A DNA stretch of 64,000 nucleotides from Pristiophorus japonicus (taxonomy: Eukaryota): NCBI RefSeq assembly GCF_044704955.1, contig NC_091991.1, forward strand, positions 21,328,001 through 21,392,000. The letters run 5' to 3'. The notes under the pieces are model-generated. The model was not told the DNA's origin and ran no database searches. It worked only from the letters and a program-made list of their open reading frames with translations. Every line of letters starts with the position of its first letter. Position 1 is the first letter of the stretch. Shown here piece after piece: positions 13,781 through 28,650 of the stretch. Both the position numbers and the translations under genes were made by a program.

Positions 13781-16700
13781 ACAACTTTTATTTATATAGA
13801 TCCTTTAACGTAGTAAAATGTCCTAAGGTGCTTCACAGCAGTGTTACAGGGCAAAAAAAGTTATTAACACCGAGCCACATCAGAAAAAATTAAGGCTGAT
13901 AACCAAAAGCTTGGTTAAAGAAGTAGGTTTTCAGGAACATCTTAAAAGGAGGAAGGAGAGGCGGGGAGGTTTAGGGTGGGAGTTCCAGAGCTTAGGACCC
14001 AAACAGCTGAAGGCATCATCATCATAGGCAGTCCCTTGAAACGAGGGTGATTTGCTTCCAAGCCAAAAAAGGATAAGTTCACAGGTGTTCCAATGAAGGA
14101 CCTAGTATTCCAGATCCTGAACTACATCCGGAAGGGTAGAAGATGCCTGTGTGTGGATTTTTTCAATGTGTGGTGGCCGTTGTACACCAGCCATCACACG
14201 GGCTTGACAGAGCTAGGTCTTGGTCCAGTGGCAAGGGTTATCCAAGATGACTGAAGACCTGCTGTGCTGCACGGACCTAGTGCGCACACATATCGCAGTG
14301 TGGGCTGGCCCATGCTGCCCCTGGGCCCCTGGCCTGAACTCACACCCAGCTGAAGGCACGGTGGAGCAGTTATAACGAGACATATTCAAGAGGGCAGAAT
14401 TTGAGGAGCGCAGACATCTTGTGGGGTTGAGAGGCTGAAAAAGATTACAGAGATAGGGAGGGGCAAGGCCATGGAGTGATTTTTAAACAAGGATGAGAAT
14501 TTTGAAATCAAGGCGTTGTTTAACCGGGAGCCAATGTAGGTCAGAAAGCACAGGGGTGATGGGTGATCTGACTTGGTATGAGTTAGGACATAGGCTGCCG
14601 AGTGTTGGATGACCTCAAGTTTACGTAGTGTGGAATGCGGGAGGCCAACCAGGAGTTGGAGTCGTCAAGTCTATAGGTAACAAATGCACGGATGAGGGTT
14701 TCAGCAGCAGAAGAACTGAGACAGAGGCGAAGGCGGGCAATGTTAGAGGTGAAAAGAGGTAGTTTTAGTTATGCCAAGGATATGTGGTCGGAAATTCATT
14801 TCAGGGTCAAATATGATACCAAGGTTACGAACAGTCTGGTTCACCCTCAGGTTGATGCTAGGTAGGGAGATGGAGTCAGTTAGGGAATGCAGTTTGTGCC
14901 GGGGACCAAAGATAATGGCTTCGGTCTTCCCAATATTTAATTGGAGAAAATTTCTGCTCATCCAGTACTCAATGTCGGACAAGCAATCTGACAATTTAGA
15001 TACCAAGCAGCGGTCGAGAGAAGTGGTGGAGAGGTAGAGCTGGGTATCGTCAGCGTACATGTGGAAACTGACTCCACATTTTCAGATGATATGATGGATG
15101 AGAAATAGGAGGGGGGCAAGGATAGATCCTTGGGGGACACCAGAGGTAACGATGTGGGAGTAGGAAGAGAAGCCATTGCAGGAGATTTTCTGGCTACGAT
15201 TACATAGATAAGAATGGAACCAGGCGAGTGCATTCCCACCTAGCTGGACGATGGTTGAGAAGCGTCGGAGGAGGATGGAATGGTCAACTGTGTCAAAGGC
15301 TGCAGAGAGGTCCAGAAGGACGAGGAGAGATCGTTTACCTTTGTCACACTCACAAAGGATATCATTTGTGACTTTGATGAGTTGTTTCGGTAATGTGGTA
15401 GGGGCGAAAACCAGATTGAAGTGATTCAAACACTGAATTCGTGGAAAGATGGTCCCGGATTTGGGAGGCGAAAACACATTCAAATAACATAGAAACATAG
15501 AAAATAGGTGCAGGAGTAGGCCATTCGGCCCTTCGAGCCTGCACCACCATTACTTAGGGAGGGAAAGGGAGGTTGGAGATGGGGCGATAGCTAGCAAGCA
15601 AAGTGGGGTCAAGGGTTAGTTTTTTTTGAAGCAAGGGATGATGACAGCAGATTTGAAGGGGAGCGGAACAGTACCTGAGGATAGAGAGCAGTTAACAGTG
15701 TCGACTAACATGGGAGCCAAAAAAGGAAGTTGGGTGGTCAGCAGTCTAGTGGGAATAGGGTCAGGGGAGCAGGAAGAGGGTCTTATGGACAAGATGAGCT
15801 TGGAGAGATCAAGAGGGGTGATCAAAGAGAAACTAGAGAAAGATGTGAGTTTAGGGTTAGGGCAGGTGTGAGACACAGATGAAGTTTGGCCGGTGAGCTA
15901 GTTGAAGGAAGGGAACTCGCAGAGGCAGCTGATCGGATGGTCTTAATCTTTGAGACAAAGAAGTCCATGAGCTCCTCACACTTCTTGTTGGAGGTGAGTG
16001 TGGTGGAGACAGGGGAGAGGGGTTTAAGGAGACGGTTAGCAGTAGAAATAGTAGCCAGGGGTTATTTTTGCATTCCAGAATGATCCTTGAACAGTGAGCA
16101 ATTTTTGTAGACAAGAGTAGGAACTGACAATATTTTGTGTTTTCAAGCCAGATCTGGCAGTGAATGGCTAAACCAGTTGTCCGCCACATCTGTTCAAGTC
16201 TGCGCCCTTTTGACTAGAAGGAGTGAAGATAAGGGCTGTCCCAGGGGAAATGGCCAGCGTGGGAGAGAGTCATCATTTTAATAGGGGCTAGGGCATCAAA
16301 AGTGGTGGTGAGGATGTGGTTGAGCAGATTGGTGGCTGCAGAAATGTCATTTTAAAAGAGGGCCAAAGATCGGATAGTTATGAGTTGATATGTGCAGTTG
16401 TAAGAGAGCTGGGAGAGTTTTTTTTCCAGGGGCGGATGCAGAAGGAAGTGGGTTTGGATTGGGGAAGAGGGAATGTGGGTCGAGAGCGATACAAGGAAAT
16501 GGTCAGAGATGGCCTTATCTTTAAATGACACGGTTGGAATAACAAGGCCACGCGAGATTGCAAGGTCAAGGGGGTGGCCGTGAATATGGGTTGAGGAATT
16601 TACATGGAGGGAGAGATTAAGGGAGGACAGGAGGGTAGTGAACTCAGAGGAGGGAGAGCAGGATGAATTGAGATGGAGGTTGAAGCCACCGAGGATGAGA

Positions 16701-16860
16701 AGTCACTAGGTGCATAGGCTGAGGGAGGAAAGCAGTTAGGATATATCAGTGATAAAATTTTTATAATATTTGGGTGGGCAGTTGAGAACGAGAATTTTGA
16801 ATGAGAGGTGAGAGGGGTGGAATAAGGCGAGATGTTCCAAAGGAGTAGGGGGACAGACCA
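13781..16860 (-). mobile_element. L2-clade LINE (degenerate ORF2 and 3' end)
   Basis: LLDLSAAFDTVDH, GVPQGSIL, MYADDTQLYLS, NFLQLNIGKTE, DPIPT.LL motifs. Contains an RTE-SINE and a short CR1 tail (15487-15551). Confidence 0.88.
14016..14346 (-). mobile_element. RTE-related SINE/non-autonomous element
   Basis: Shares the (CAT)nAGGCAGTCCC..GAGG..GA.TTGCTTCCA 3' end with RTE LINEs here; 12-bp TSD CAGCTGAAGGCA. Confidence 0.8.
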
Positions 16861-17779
16861 AGGTATGATTTTCTGATGAGAGCTATACCGCCATGTACAA
16901 AAAGTTAAAGGATACATGCATTAGCTATGTGAGATTTGAGTATTGAGATCACATGCCAACAAAGCCTTACTCATATTTTTATATGCTACTCAGATTCCCA
17001 ATTAGCCTCACATGGCTATTGGCCAACACAGGGAAGAAGAACAAGCACGCACAGAAAAAAAATCTCGAGATCCCAGGCTGAGTTTAATCAAAAGCTGTGC
17101 ATAAAATATACAAAATATCTGTTTTTTTATGTTCAATGGATTTTTTTTTTTTTAAAAAGAAAGTTACATACCATTCTACTCTTCTGAAGAATGTTTGAAT
17201 TACTATTTCAAAATAAACTTGGGACCTAAACAGAATCATTCTCAAGCACATGTTTAAATAATGTAAAAGTAAAAGAAATAGAAGGTAACCTGATGATTTT
17301 TTTCTGATTGGTGACTGTTGGAGAGTATGGGGGGAGGGAAAGGGTGGGGAGGCGAGAAATCAGGCTGATAGAATTACATTAAGCGGTTATTGGTAACTGC
17401 TCTACATTTAACTGTATGTAAAGAGTTCAGTACACCTGTCTCTGGAATCCACTTACAAGAATCATTAATTCAACAGCCTTTGATTGTTCAAATTTTGGAA
17501 TATGCCATTATGTTAACAGTCACAAAAAATAACTCATTTGTAGACTTAACATTTTGAAAATTATTTCTGTGTAAAGCTCCTTGCATTTTTCTATAGCTAT
17601 GACCCATGTTTTGCACAACCCTATAAAATAAGTCACAACTCAAATGCTATTTGGATTTACATATTGACATGTAATGTTGTTTTTATACCTATATCTACAA
17701 CCAGCATATTTGTTGCAGCTTCTCTCCCTCAAGTCCCTCTCCACTACACCCACTTTTAGCCTGGCTGGAGTCATACCAA

Positions 17780-20330
17780 GCACAAAGATGGTTGTGGTTG
17801 TTGGAGGCCAATCATCACAGCCCCAGGACATCGCTGCAGGAGTTCCTCAGGGCAGTGTCCTCGGCCCAACCATCTTCAGCTGCTTCATCAATGACCTTCC
17901 CTCCATCATAAGGTCAGGAGTAAGGATGTTCGCTGATGACTGCACTGTGTTCAGTGCCATTTGCAACTCCTCAGATAATGATGCAGCAAGGCCTGGATGA
18001 CATTCAGGCTTGGGCTGATAAGTGGCAAGTAACATTAACATAAGAACGTAAGAAATAGGAGCAGGAGTAGGCTATACAGCCCCTCGAGCCTGCTCCGCCA
18101 TTTAATAAGATCATGGCTGATCCGATCATGGACTCAGGTCCACTTCCCTGCCCACTCCCCATAACTCCTTATTTCCTGATCGGTTAAGAAACTGTATCTC
18201 TGTCTTAAATTTATTCAATGATTCAGCTTCCACAGCTCTCAAAGACAGCAAATTCCACAGATTTACAACCCTCAGAGAAGAAATTCCTCCTCATCTCAGT
18301 TTTAAATGGGCGGCCCCTTATTCTAAGATTATGCCCCCTAGTTCTAGTCTCCCCCAACAGTGGAAACATCCTCTCTGCATCCACCTCGTCAAGCCCCCTC
18401 ATAATCTTATACGTTTCGATAAGATCACCTCTCATTCTTCTGAATTCCAATGAGTAGAGGCCCAACCTACTCAACCTTTCCTCATAAGACAACCCCCTCA
18501 TCTCCAGAATCAACCTGGTGAACCTTCTCTGAACTGCCTCCAAAGCAAATATATCCTTTCTTAAATATGGAAACCAAAACTGCACGCAGTATTCCAGGTG
18601 TGGCCTCATCAATACCTTGTATAACTGTAGCAAGACTTCCCTGCTTTTATACTCCAGCCCCTTTGCAATAAAGGCCAAGATTTCATCGGCCTTCCTGATC
18701 ACTTGCTGTACCTGAATACTAACCTGTTGTGTTTCATGCACAAGTACCCCCAGGTCCCGCTGTACTGCAGCACTTTGTAATTTTTCTCCATTTAAATAAT
18801 AACTTGCACTTCGATTTTTTCTGCCAAAGTGCATAACTTCACACTTTCTAACATTAAATTTCATCTGCCAAATTTTTGCCCACTCACTTAGCCTGTCTAT
18901 GTCCTTTTGCAGGTTTTTTGTGTCCTCCTCACACATTGCTTTTCCCCCCCATCTTTTATCATCAGCAAACTTGGCTACGTTACACTCGGTCCCTTCATCC
19001 AAGTCGTTGATATAGATTGTAAATAGTTGAGGTCCCAGCACTGATCCCTGCGGCACCCCACTAGTTACTGATTGCCAACCCGAGAATGAACCATTTATCC
19101 CATTCTGTTGACTGTTAGCTAGCCAATTCTCTATCCATGCTAATATATTACCCCCAACCCCAAGAACTTTTATCTTGTGCAGTAACCTTATGTGGCACCT
19201 TGTCAAATGCCTTCTGGAAGTCCAAATACACATCCATTGGTTCCCTTTTATCCACCCTGTTCTTTACATCTTCAAAGAATTCCAGCAAATTTGTCAAACA
19301 TGACTTCCCTTCATAAATCCATGCTGACTCTGACTGACTGAATTATGCTTTTCCAAATGTCCAGCTACTATTTCTTTAATAATGGACTCCAGCATTTTCC
19401 CAACCACAGAAGTTAGGCTAACTGGTCCATAGTTTGCTGCTTTTGATCTGCCTCCTTTTTAAAAAAAAATAGGGTCGTTACATTTGCAGTTTTTCAATCT
19501 GCTGGGACCACCCCAGAATCCAGGGAATCTTGGCAAATTACAACCAATGCATCTACTATCGCCGCGCCACACAAGTACCAGGCAATGACTATCTCCAACA
19601 AGTTGAGTATAACCATCTCCCATTGACAATCAACGGCATTACCATTGCCAAATATCCCATCAACATCCTGGGAGTCACCATTGACCAGAAACTTAACTGG
19701 ACCAGCCACATAAATACTGTGGCAACAAGAGCAGGTCAGATGTTGGGTATTCTGTGGAGAGTGTCTCATCTCCCGACTCCCCAAAGTGTTTCCACTAACT
19801 ACAAGGCACAAGTCAGGAGTGTGATGGAATACTCTACATTTGCCTGGATGAATGCAGCTCCAACAACACTCAAGAAGCTCAACATCATCCAGGACAAAGT
19901 AGACCGCTGGATTGGCACCCCAGTTACCACCTTAAACACTCCCTTCATCCCTGGCACACCGTGGCTGCAGTATGTACCATCTATGAGATGCACTGCAGCA
20001 ACTCGCCAAGGCTTCTTCGGCAGTACCTCCCAAACCCACGACCTATACCACCTAGAAAGACGAGGGCAGCAGGCGCATGGGAACACCACCATCTCCACGT
20101 TCCCCTCCAAGTCACATACTATCCTGACTTGGAAGTATATCGCCATTCCTTCATCGTCGCTGGGTCAAAATTCTGGAACTCCCTCCCCAACAGCACAGTG
20201 GGAGCATCTTCACCACACGGACTGCAGTGGTTCAAGAAGGCGGCTCACCACCACCTTCTCAAGGGCAATTAGGGATGGGCAATAAATGCTGGCCTTGCCA
20301 GCGATGCCCACATCCCCATGAACAAATACA
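17780..20330 (+). mobile_element. Second CR1-clade LINE lineage, 3' part, split by another CR1 (parts 17780-18036 and 19560-20330)
   Basis: [43 protein letters not shown]; tail GATGCCCACATCCCCATGAACAAATA. Confidence 0.85.
18037..19555 (-). mobile_element. CR1 LINE, 5'-truncated (RT and 3' UTR)
   Basis: 336-aa ORF with [25 protein letters not shown]; tail at 18037-18060. Confidence 0.92.
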
Positions 20331-21292
20331 AAAAATCCAACTGGCCACAAGAATCACGTGAAAACTGAATGAGACTGATTCATGGGTAGTTCTGTTGAGT
20401 ATGGAAACCGAAATTTGAATGGAGCTGACTTCATGCAGACTTTGACCTAAAAACACACAGGCTCCAAATGCTGACTGTCCAGATAAAACACATATGGTTA
20501 GCATGTACATTATGCATGAGAGGCTAACGGAGCAACATAGTACAGCAAATAGCAGATAGGATACAGTATCTTATCCATTCTGTTCCGAAAATACTTTGAA
20601 ATGATATTTTGTAAGCAAAATAATCATAGCTGGTCACTCAGCTCTATTGGTTCAATCGTCTGTGAATATTGTGTTAGTTAAGTGTGAACTTTGTACTGTG
20701 GTCTCTTTATCTCCAGGTTAATCATAGATTAAATATTAAATCAACAATATGTCTTCTCTAAGTAAAATCAAAACTGAAAATATTGAAAATCTAAAAATAA
20801 AGATGTAAAATACCAGATACGTAGCAGATTCGTTAGCATGTTGGTATTTTGAATCAAGACATTAGGCCAATTTCCTGATATGCCTGGCTGACACTGGAGG
20901 CTCCCTGCCAAAAATCTGAACCGAGAAAGCTGATCCTTTTTTCTGTGAACCAGTTTCGACAAATTGTATCTTTGTTGTTAGCTGTCTTAAGAAAACATTG
21001 ATAATGAACTCAGGGTTTTTTTATAAAAAGCAACCGGTTTCACTTTGTGCCAGCACCTAAACTTTCCTGCTAATTGCAGATAATTTTGATACAGATTAAC
21101 TGAGTTATTTTTACAGGTTTATTGCAAGAAATGTGAAGGATTGCAATTTGGTTTCACTGAAATGAAAACTTTATTTTCAGAATAAACCATCATGTTTCAT
21201 CCTACCAGCTGCTTTTGGATGTTACAAGATTTCTGCTGTTGACCAGCCCTTTAACAGTAGCAACAGTTTCTTAAATGACATAATTGCAACAT

Positions 21293-24200
21293 AGATAGGG
21301 AATAGATAGGCGTTTCTACGGCCGCAACCGAGACTCCAGGATGGTATGTTGCCTCCCTGGTGCAAGGGTCAAGGATGTCTTTCGGAGCGGGTGCAGGACA
21401 TTCTAAAAAGGGAGGGAGAACAGCCAGTTGTCGTGGTGCACATTGGTACCAATGACATAGGTAAAAAAAGGGATGAGGTCCTACGAAATGAATTTAAGGA
21501 GCTAGGAGCTAAATTAAAAAGTAGGACCTCAAAAGTAGTAATCTCGGGATTGCTACCAGTGCCACGTGCTAGTCAGAATAGGAAGCGCAGGATAGCTCAG
21601 ATGAATACGTGGCTTGAGCAATGGTGCAGCAGGGAGGGATTCAAATTCCTGGGGCAGTGAAACCGGTTCTGGGGGAGGTGGGACCAGTACAATCCGGACG
21701 GTCTGCACCTGGGCAGAATCGGAACCAATGTCCTCGGGGGAGTGTTTGCTAGTGCTGTTGGGGAGGAGTTAAACTAATATGGCAGGGGGATGGGAACCAA
21801 TGCAGGGAGATAGAGGGAAACAAAAAGGAGGCAAAAGCAAAAGACAGAAAGGAGATGAGGGCAGAGAAACCCAAGGCAAAGAACAAAAAGGACCATTGTA
21901 CAGCAAAATTCTAAAAGGACAGAGGGTGTTAAAAAAACAAGCCTAAAGGCTTTGTGTCTTAATGCAAGGAGTATCCGCAATAAGGTGGATGAATTAACTG
22001 TGCAAATAGATGTTAACAAATATGATGTGATTGGGATTACGGAGACATGGCTCCAGGATGATCAGGGCTGGGAACTCAACATCCAGGGGTATTCAACATT
22101 CAGGAAGGATAGAATAAAAGGAAAAGGAGGTGGGGTAGCATTGCTGGTTAAGGAGGAGATTAAGGCAATAGTTAGGAAGGACATTAGCTTGGATGATGTG
22201 GAATCTATATGGGTAGAGCTACAGAACACCAAAGGGCAAAAAACGTTAGTGGGAGTTGTGTACAGACCTCCAAACAGTAGTAGTGATGTTCGGGAGGGCA
22301 TCAAACAGGAAATTAGGGGTGCATGCAATAAAGGTGCAGCAGTTATAATGGGTGACTTTAATATGCACATAGATTGGGCTAACCAAACTGGAAGCAATAC
22401 GGTGGAGGAGGATTTCCTGGAGTGCATAAGGGATGGTTTTTTAGACCAATATGTCGAGGAACCAACTAGGGGGGAGGCCATCTTAGACTGGGTGTTATGT
22501 AAAGAGAAAGGATTAATTAGCAATCTCGTTGTGCGAGGCCCCTTGGGGAAGAGTGACCATAATATGGTGGAATTCTGCATTAGGATGGAGAATGAAACAG
22601 TTAATTCAGAGACCATGGTCCAGAACTTAAAGAAGGCTAACTTTGAAGGTATGAGGCGTGAATTGGCTGGGATGGATTGGCGAATGATACTTAAGGGGTT
22701 GACTGTGGATGGGCAATGGCAGACATTTAGAGACTGCATGGATGAACTACAACAATTGTACATTCCTGTCTGGCATAAAAATAAAAAAGGGAAGGTGGCT
22801 CAACCGTGGCTATCAAGGGAAATCAGTGATAGTATTAAAGCCAAGGAAGTGGCATACAAATTGGCCAGAAATAGCAGCGAACCTGGGGACTGGGATAAAT
22901 TTAGAACTCAGCAGAGGAGGACAAAGGGTTTGATTAGGGCAGGGAAAATGGAGTATGAGAAGAAGCTTGCAGGGAACATTAAGACGGATTGCAAAACTTT
23001 CTATAAATATGTAAAGAGAAAAAGGTTAGTAAAGACAAACGTAAGTCCCCTGCAGTCAGAATCAGGGGAAGTCATAACGGGGAACAAAGAAATGGCGGAC
23101 CAATTGAACAAGTACTTTGGTTCGGTATTCACGAAGGAGGACACAAACAACCTTCCGGTTATAAAAGGGATCGGGGGGTCTAGTAAGGAGGAGGAACTGA
23201 GGAAAATCCATTAGCCGGGAAATTGTGTTGGGGAAATTGATGGGATTGAAGGCCGATAAATCCCCAGGGCCTGATGGACTGCATCCCAGAGTACTTAAGG
23301 AGGTGGCCTTGGAAATAGCTGATGCATTGACAGTCATTTTCCAACATTCCATTGACTCTGGATCAGTTCCTATAGAGTGGAGGGTAGCCAATGTAACCCC
23401 ACTTTTTAAAAAAGGAGGGAGAGAGAAAACAGGGAATTATAGACCGGTCAGCCTGACATCGGTAGTGGGTAAAATGATGGAATCAATTATTAAGGATGTC
23501 ATAGCAGTGCATTTGGAAAGAGGTGACATGATAGGTCCAAGTCAGCATGGATTTGTGAAAGGGAAATCATGCTTGACAAATCTTCTGGAATTTTTTGAGG
23601 ATGTTTCCAGTAGAGTGGACAAGGGAGAACCAGTTGATGTGGTATATTTGGACTTTCAGAAGGCGTTCGACAAGGTCCCACACAAGAGATTGATGTGCAA
23701 AGTTAGAGCACATGGGATTGGGGGTAGTGTGCTGACATGGATTGAGAACTGGTTGTCAGACAGGAAGCAAAGAGTAGGAGTAAATGGGTACTTTTCAGAA
23801 TGGCAGGCAGTGACTAGTGGGGTACCGCAAGGTTCTGTGCTGGGGCCCCAGCTGTTTACACTGTACATTAATGATTTAGATGAGGGGATTAAATGTAGTA
23901 TCTCCAAATTTGCGGATGACACTAAGTTGGGTGGCAGTGTGAGCTGCGAGGAGGATGCTGTGAGGCTGCAGAGCGACTTGGATAGGTTAGGTGAGTGGGC
24001 AAATGCATGGCAGATGAAGTATAATGTGGATAAATGTGAGGTTATCCACTTTGGTGGTAAAAACAGAGAGACAGACTATTATCTGAATGGTGACAGATTA
24101 GGAAAAGGGGAGGTGCAAAGAGACCTGGGTGCCGTGGTACATCAGTCATTGAAGGTTGGCATGCAGGTGCAGCAGGCGGTTAAGAAAGCAAATGGCATGT

Positions 24201-24840
24201 TGGCCTTCATAGTAAGGGGATTTGAGTACAGGGGCAGGGATGTGTTGCTACAGTTGTACAGGGCATTGGTGAGGCCACACCTGGAGTATTGTGTACAGTT
24301 TTGGTCTCCTAACTTGAGGAAGGACATTCTTGCTATTGAGGGAGTGCAGCGAAGGTTCACCAAACTGATTCCCGGGATGGCGGGACTGACCTATCAAGAA
24401 ATACTGGATCAACTGGGCTTGTATTCACTGGAGTTCAGAAGAATGAGAGGGGACCTCATAGAAACATTTAAAATTCTGACGGGGTTAGACAGGTTAGATG
24501 CAGGAAGAATGTTCCCAATGTTGGGGAAGTCCAGAACCAGAGGTCACAGTCTAAGGATAAGGGGTAAGCCATTTAGGACCGAGATGCGGAGGAACTTCTT
24601 CACCCAGAGAGTGGTGAACCTGTGGAATTCTCTACCACAGAAAGTTGTTGAGGCCAATTCACTAAATATATTCAAAAAGGAGTTAGATGAGGTCCTTACT
24701 ACTCGGGGGATCAAGGGGTATGGCGAGAAAGCAGGAATGGGGTACTGAAGTTGAATGTTCAGCCATGAACTCATTGAATGGCGGTGCAGGCTAGAAGGGC
24801 CGAATGGCCTACTCCTGCACCTATTTTCTATGTTTCTATG
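21293..24840 (+). mobile_element. Young CR1 LINE: partial ORF1 (SGNH esterase) plus near-complete ORF2 (APE+RT) with one frameshift
   Basis: VVVHIGTND / DGLHL esterase motifs; ORF2 21952-23214 (ITETW, YRPP, GDFN, SDH) and 23225-24748 (RT); TCTATGTTTCTATG tail. Confidence 0.96.
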
Positions 24841-26724
24841 ACCATAGATCCACAATTCCTGATGCCTGCATGATCCCAAGATTTTGCAATTCATCTCACA
24901 AATTCCAAAGAGATTGGCATTATGGTTTACCAAATAAAGATATGGTGACTGGCTAAACCAACGGTCAAAAGATGAATACAATTTGTGAGCACATTCCTCA
25001 AAGCAGTTAAAACTATAACATGTCAAAAGGCTGTTGATTGTAGGTTAGTAGTTTGCTACCCTTATACATCAGCAGATAAGCAGTCTCTCATCGCTCCTTA
25101 CAAAAGCGAGAGGCCTAAATTGACTCGACACAAGGAGGAAATTCCTTCACTCTAAAGGCGGCAAGATCAGCTAGAAATCCCATTTTGTTCCCATTGTAGA
25201 AGCATTCGGCTATTATACCATATAGATTTATGGTAAACCCAGTCCTTGACAGTCAAGGTCTGTCCAAAAATGTTGAACTCTCAGCATTTCTAGGCTGCGA
25301 TTCCTGGGATTTTGGAGTCATTAAAATTTCCAGACCCCCTTACACAAAAGTAGATAGTAACACAAAGTAAAGTATTCACCTCAACAGCACTATTGTCCAA
25401 CTAAGACAATGGGCAAGCAACTTGCTCTCAGCCTCGACCTTATGTCAATCACTGTGCATTGCACGAGAATCAGGATGGCCTGCTCTCTGATTTTCTCACC
25501 ATCAAGAAAGCATCTCACATCCGGTCAATACCTCCAGCAGTGGCAGTTGAAATCAGGAACTTGCTGTGGGAAACGGCAGAGGAAAATCCTTATCATATAA
25601 CTCGGGTTCCCAGATCAACAGGGATTCATGTTTTGGACAGGTGCTCTATGCCAGCTAACAACAGCAGTAATTAAGGAAAAATATTCTCTTAAGACCAACC
25701 CAAATCAGAGAGGCAGACATGCCTGTGAAACTAGTAGGGCCAGAACTTTGGCTGAGAACATAAATATTTCTGTTATAGAAATGTCATAATACAAGCTAAC
25801 TGCAAATAAAAAATTAATTAGGAAGCACCTCATCATTAGCAAAATGCAACAAGATGCCACACACGTTTTGTCTACATCTTTCTTTTGTACAGCAAGATTA
25901 CATAGAAAAATATCTAAACCTAAATGCACCCAAGAAATTTTAGATAAGGGATACATCAGGATCGAAGAGACTTGTACCACTCTAGGACAGGGTGTGCTCC
26001 ACCACTGCTCCTTTGGCTGATGAGTAACTATGAAAGGACGTGTAAAAGGATCTCAAAACAAATACCTTTGGACTTAAGGCAGAGATATCCAAGTTTTTGT
26101 ATATTTATGGGCCATATAGGCATGCACCACAAAACCTTAAGGGTTACATATAAAGATAGAATCCATGTTCCCCATTAATTTGCTATATCTCAGGTTGCCG
26201 ACACAGATCTTAGTGTTTTTGATTTAGGACCAATGAGGCAGCAACACTAAGAACAGCCCTTTCCAACCTTCAAAGCCACAAAATTCTAAAGTACTGAAAA
26301 ATAACTATTATTTCAAATAGGACTAAATTGCGTGGGTTTGCAGGCTGGATTTGGCACATGTAACACAGTTTAGACACCCCTGATTTTGGTTCTAGAAATA
26401 TATGATTATGATGCACTGGTGAAAGAGTTTGGTACAAATTGTAGGAAGCCATCAAGTTTTAAAATTGCAGTCTTTTAAAAGTTGTACCAAATTACAAGTT
26501 AATATCACATTAAGTATTTAAATAATAATGTGTTATTTTAGAATCAATGACTCAAATGAGATTAGGTTACACAAATTTCTACAGAATTCCTAATTTATCA
26601 TTCCATGATATTTGGTGATGACATAATTTTTCTATTTTTGCAAAAAATAACATTTGCATAAAAGAATGTGTAATAGTTCCAAAAAATTATGCATTTGATA
26701 AGATTACACAAACTGGAAATATCA

Positions 26725-27105
<381 letters not shown>

Positions 27106-27989
27106 TCATAGATGAATTAGGTAGAAAGTAATTGGATGAAAATGCTCATCCAAATAGCTACTAACATGTGAAGGCATTGAATCTTGTTCAGAAATAACAT
27201 TCAGATTTATTTGCAGCCAAAATTATTATTAAGTGCAGTGTGACACTCTTAAACTTCCAAGACTGGATTTAATTAGGTAGATTTAGACTGCTGTAACGAC
27301 AGCCACACTTCACATTCATAATTTTTCTCTTCAAAATTAGATGAAATTCTACAAAGACTTAAATCTAAAGTGTGAGTTTTCTTCCATTTCATTGGTCCAC
27401 TCACTTCCCCTCCCCCAACTTAGTATTCATTCAACTCAATTGTGCTGCTCAAAAAATGGTAAGTAATAACAGTAATTAAAATAAACGGTTAATCACTAGA
27501 AACTCAAAACACCTTTTTTTCCCCCCTCAGAGTCTCCCAGGCCACATACATAGGCAATTCCTCAGCTGAGCTGATGGGCTTTTCCAAAGCTTCCACCAAC
27601 TGACAGCCAAATAATACCTCAATATATTGAATGTTGTAGTTCCAGGTCAGCTACAGTCACAATGGGGTCAGTTTAACCTCACCTAGCTGGTGGGAAACTG
27701 ATTGGATCAGGTTGGCTGCCCAATTTACACCCAGTCAAACTTTGCTTACCATTGAAGACCAGTTGTGGCGTATTCCTGCTCACCTAGCTCTTCAGCCAGC
27801 CTCCAACTCTGCTGCAAATACTATTAACTGCATTCCCAAACCAGAATCTACTGCAAATGCTATGGTAGACCATTGCATTCCTCTCCATTGCCAATCTACC
27901 ATTCTCCAACTCTCAGTCAGCATTCAATGGCCAACTAGAGACTCGAGGTCAAAATCAGTCAGTGCTACCCTATCCATACCATTCACCGT

Positions 27990-28650
27990 CTCACACTTTG
28001 AGCAGCTCGCGTTGGAGGCTGCAGTGGCATGCGACAGCTCTTTTTATAGCCCCGACCTAAGGTGGTGTTCTCTAGCAGGTCGGGGTGGCCCACGAGATGA
28101 TGTCATCAGGACCCAGGTCATCGTTTGGAGCATGGGTAGGAGCATCGGTTGGGCCCTGGAAAAGCAGAGGAGCGGGAAGGTCGTGGCGGACTTGCGATGA
28201 GTGATCGGGGCGGAGGAGTGATGAGGGATCATGGCTGAGGTTTGGTGGGTGATCGTAATGGAGGTTTGGCGAATATTTGGTGCGGAAGTGCAGTGGGAAA
28301 TCGTGGCGGAGGTGCGGCGAGTGTTTTTGTGGCGGAGGAGCTGCGAGAGATCATGGCGGAGGGCGGCGAATGAGGGTACGGGGTCCAAAAGAGCCGAGGG
28401 CCCAGGGGCAGCACGGGCCAGTCCACACTGCGCACTAGGTCCGTGCAGCAGAGTAGGTCTCCAGTCGTCCTGGTTAACCCTTGCCATCGAGCCCGTGTGA
28501 TGGCTGATGTGCAACGATCACCACAGGTTAAAAAAATCCACGCACAGGCAATTGGAGTTCAGGACTGGAACATCGGGTCCTTCATTTAAACAGCTCTGAA
28601 CTCATGTGGAAGCAAGTCATCCTCGTTCGAGGGACCGCCTTTGACTGACT
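27990..28650 (+). mobile_element. RTE-related non-autonomous element with GC-rich repetitive body
   Basis: 3' end GGAAGCAAGTCATCCTCG..GAGGGACCGCCT matches RTE-SINE ends at 14016 and 51787; repeated GTGGCGGAGG motifs. Confidence 0.65.

Noticed and set aside
22062-22763. Long antisense ORFs over CR1, RTE, Tx1 and Gypsy coding regions (this one and similar)
   Set aside because: Shadow ORFs of TE coding strands.
27712-28514. Overlapping 89-162 aa ORFs as a host gene
   Set aside because: They overlap a GC-rich RTE-related repeat, with no recognisable domain or splice structure.
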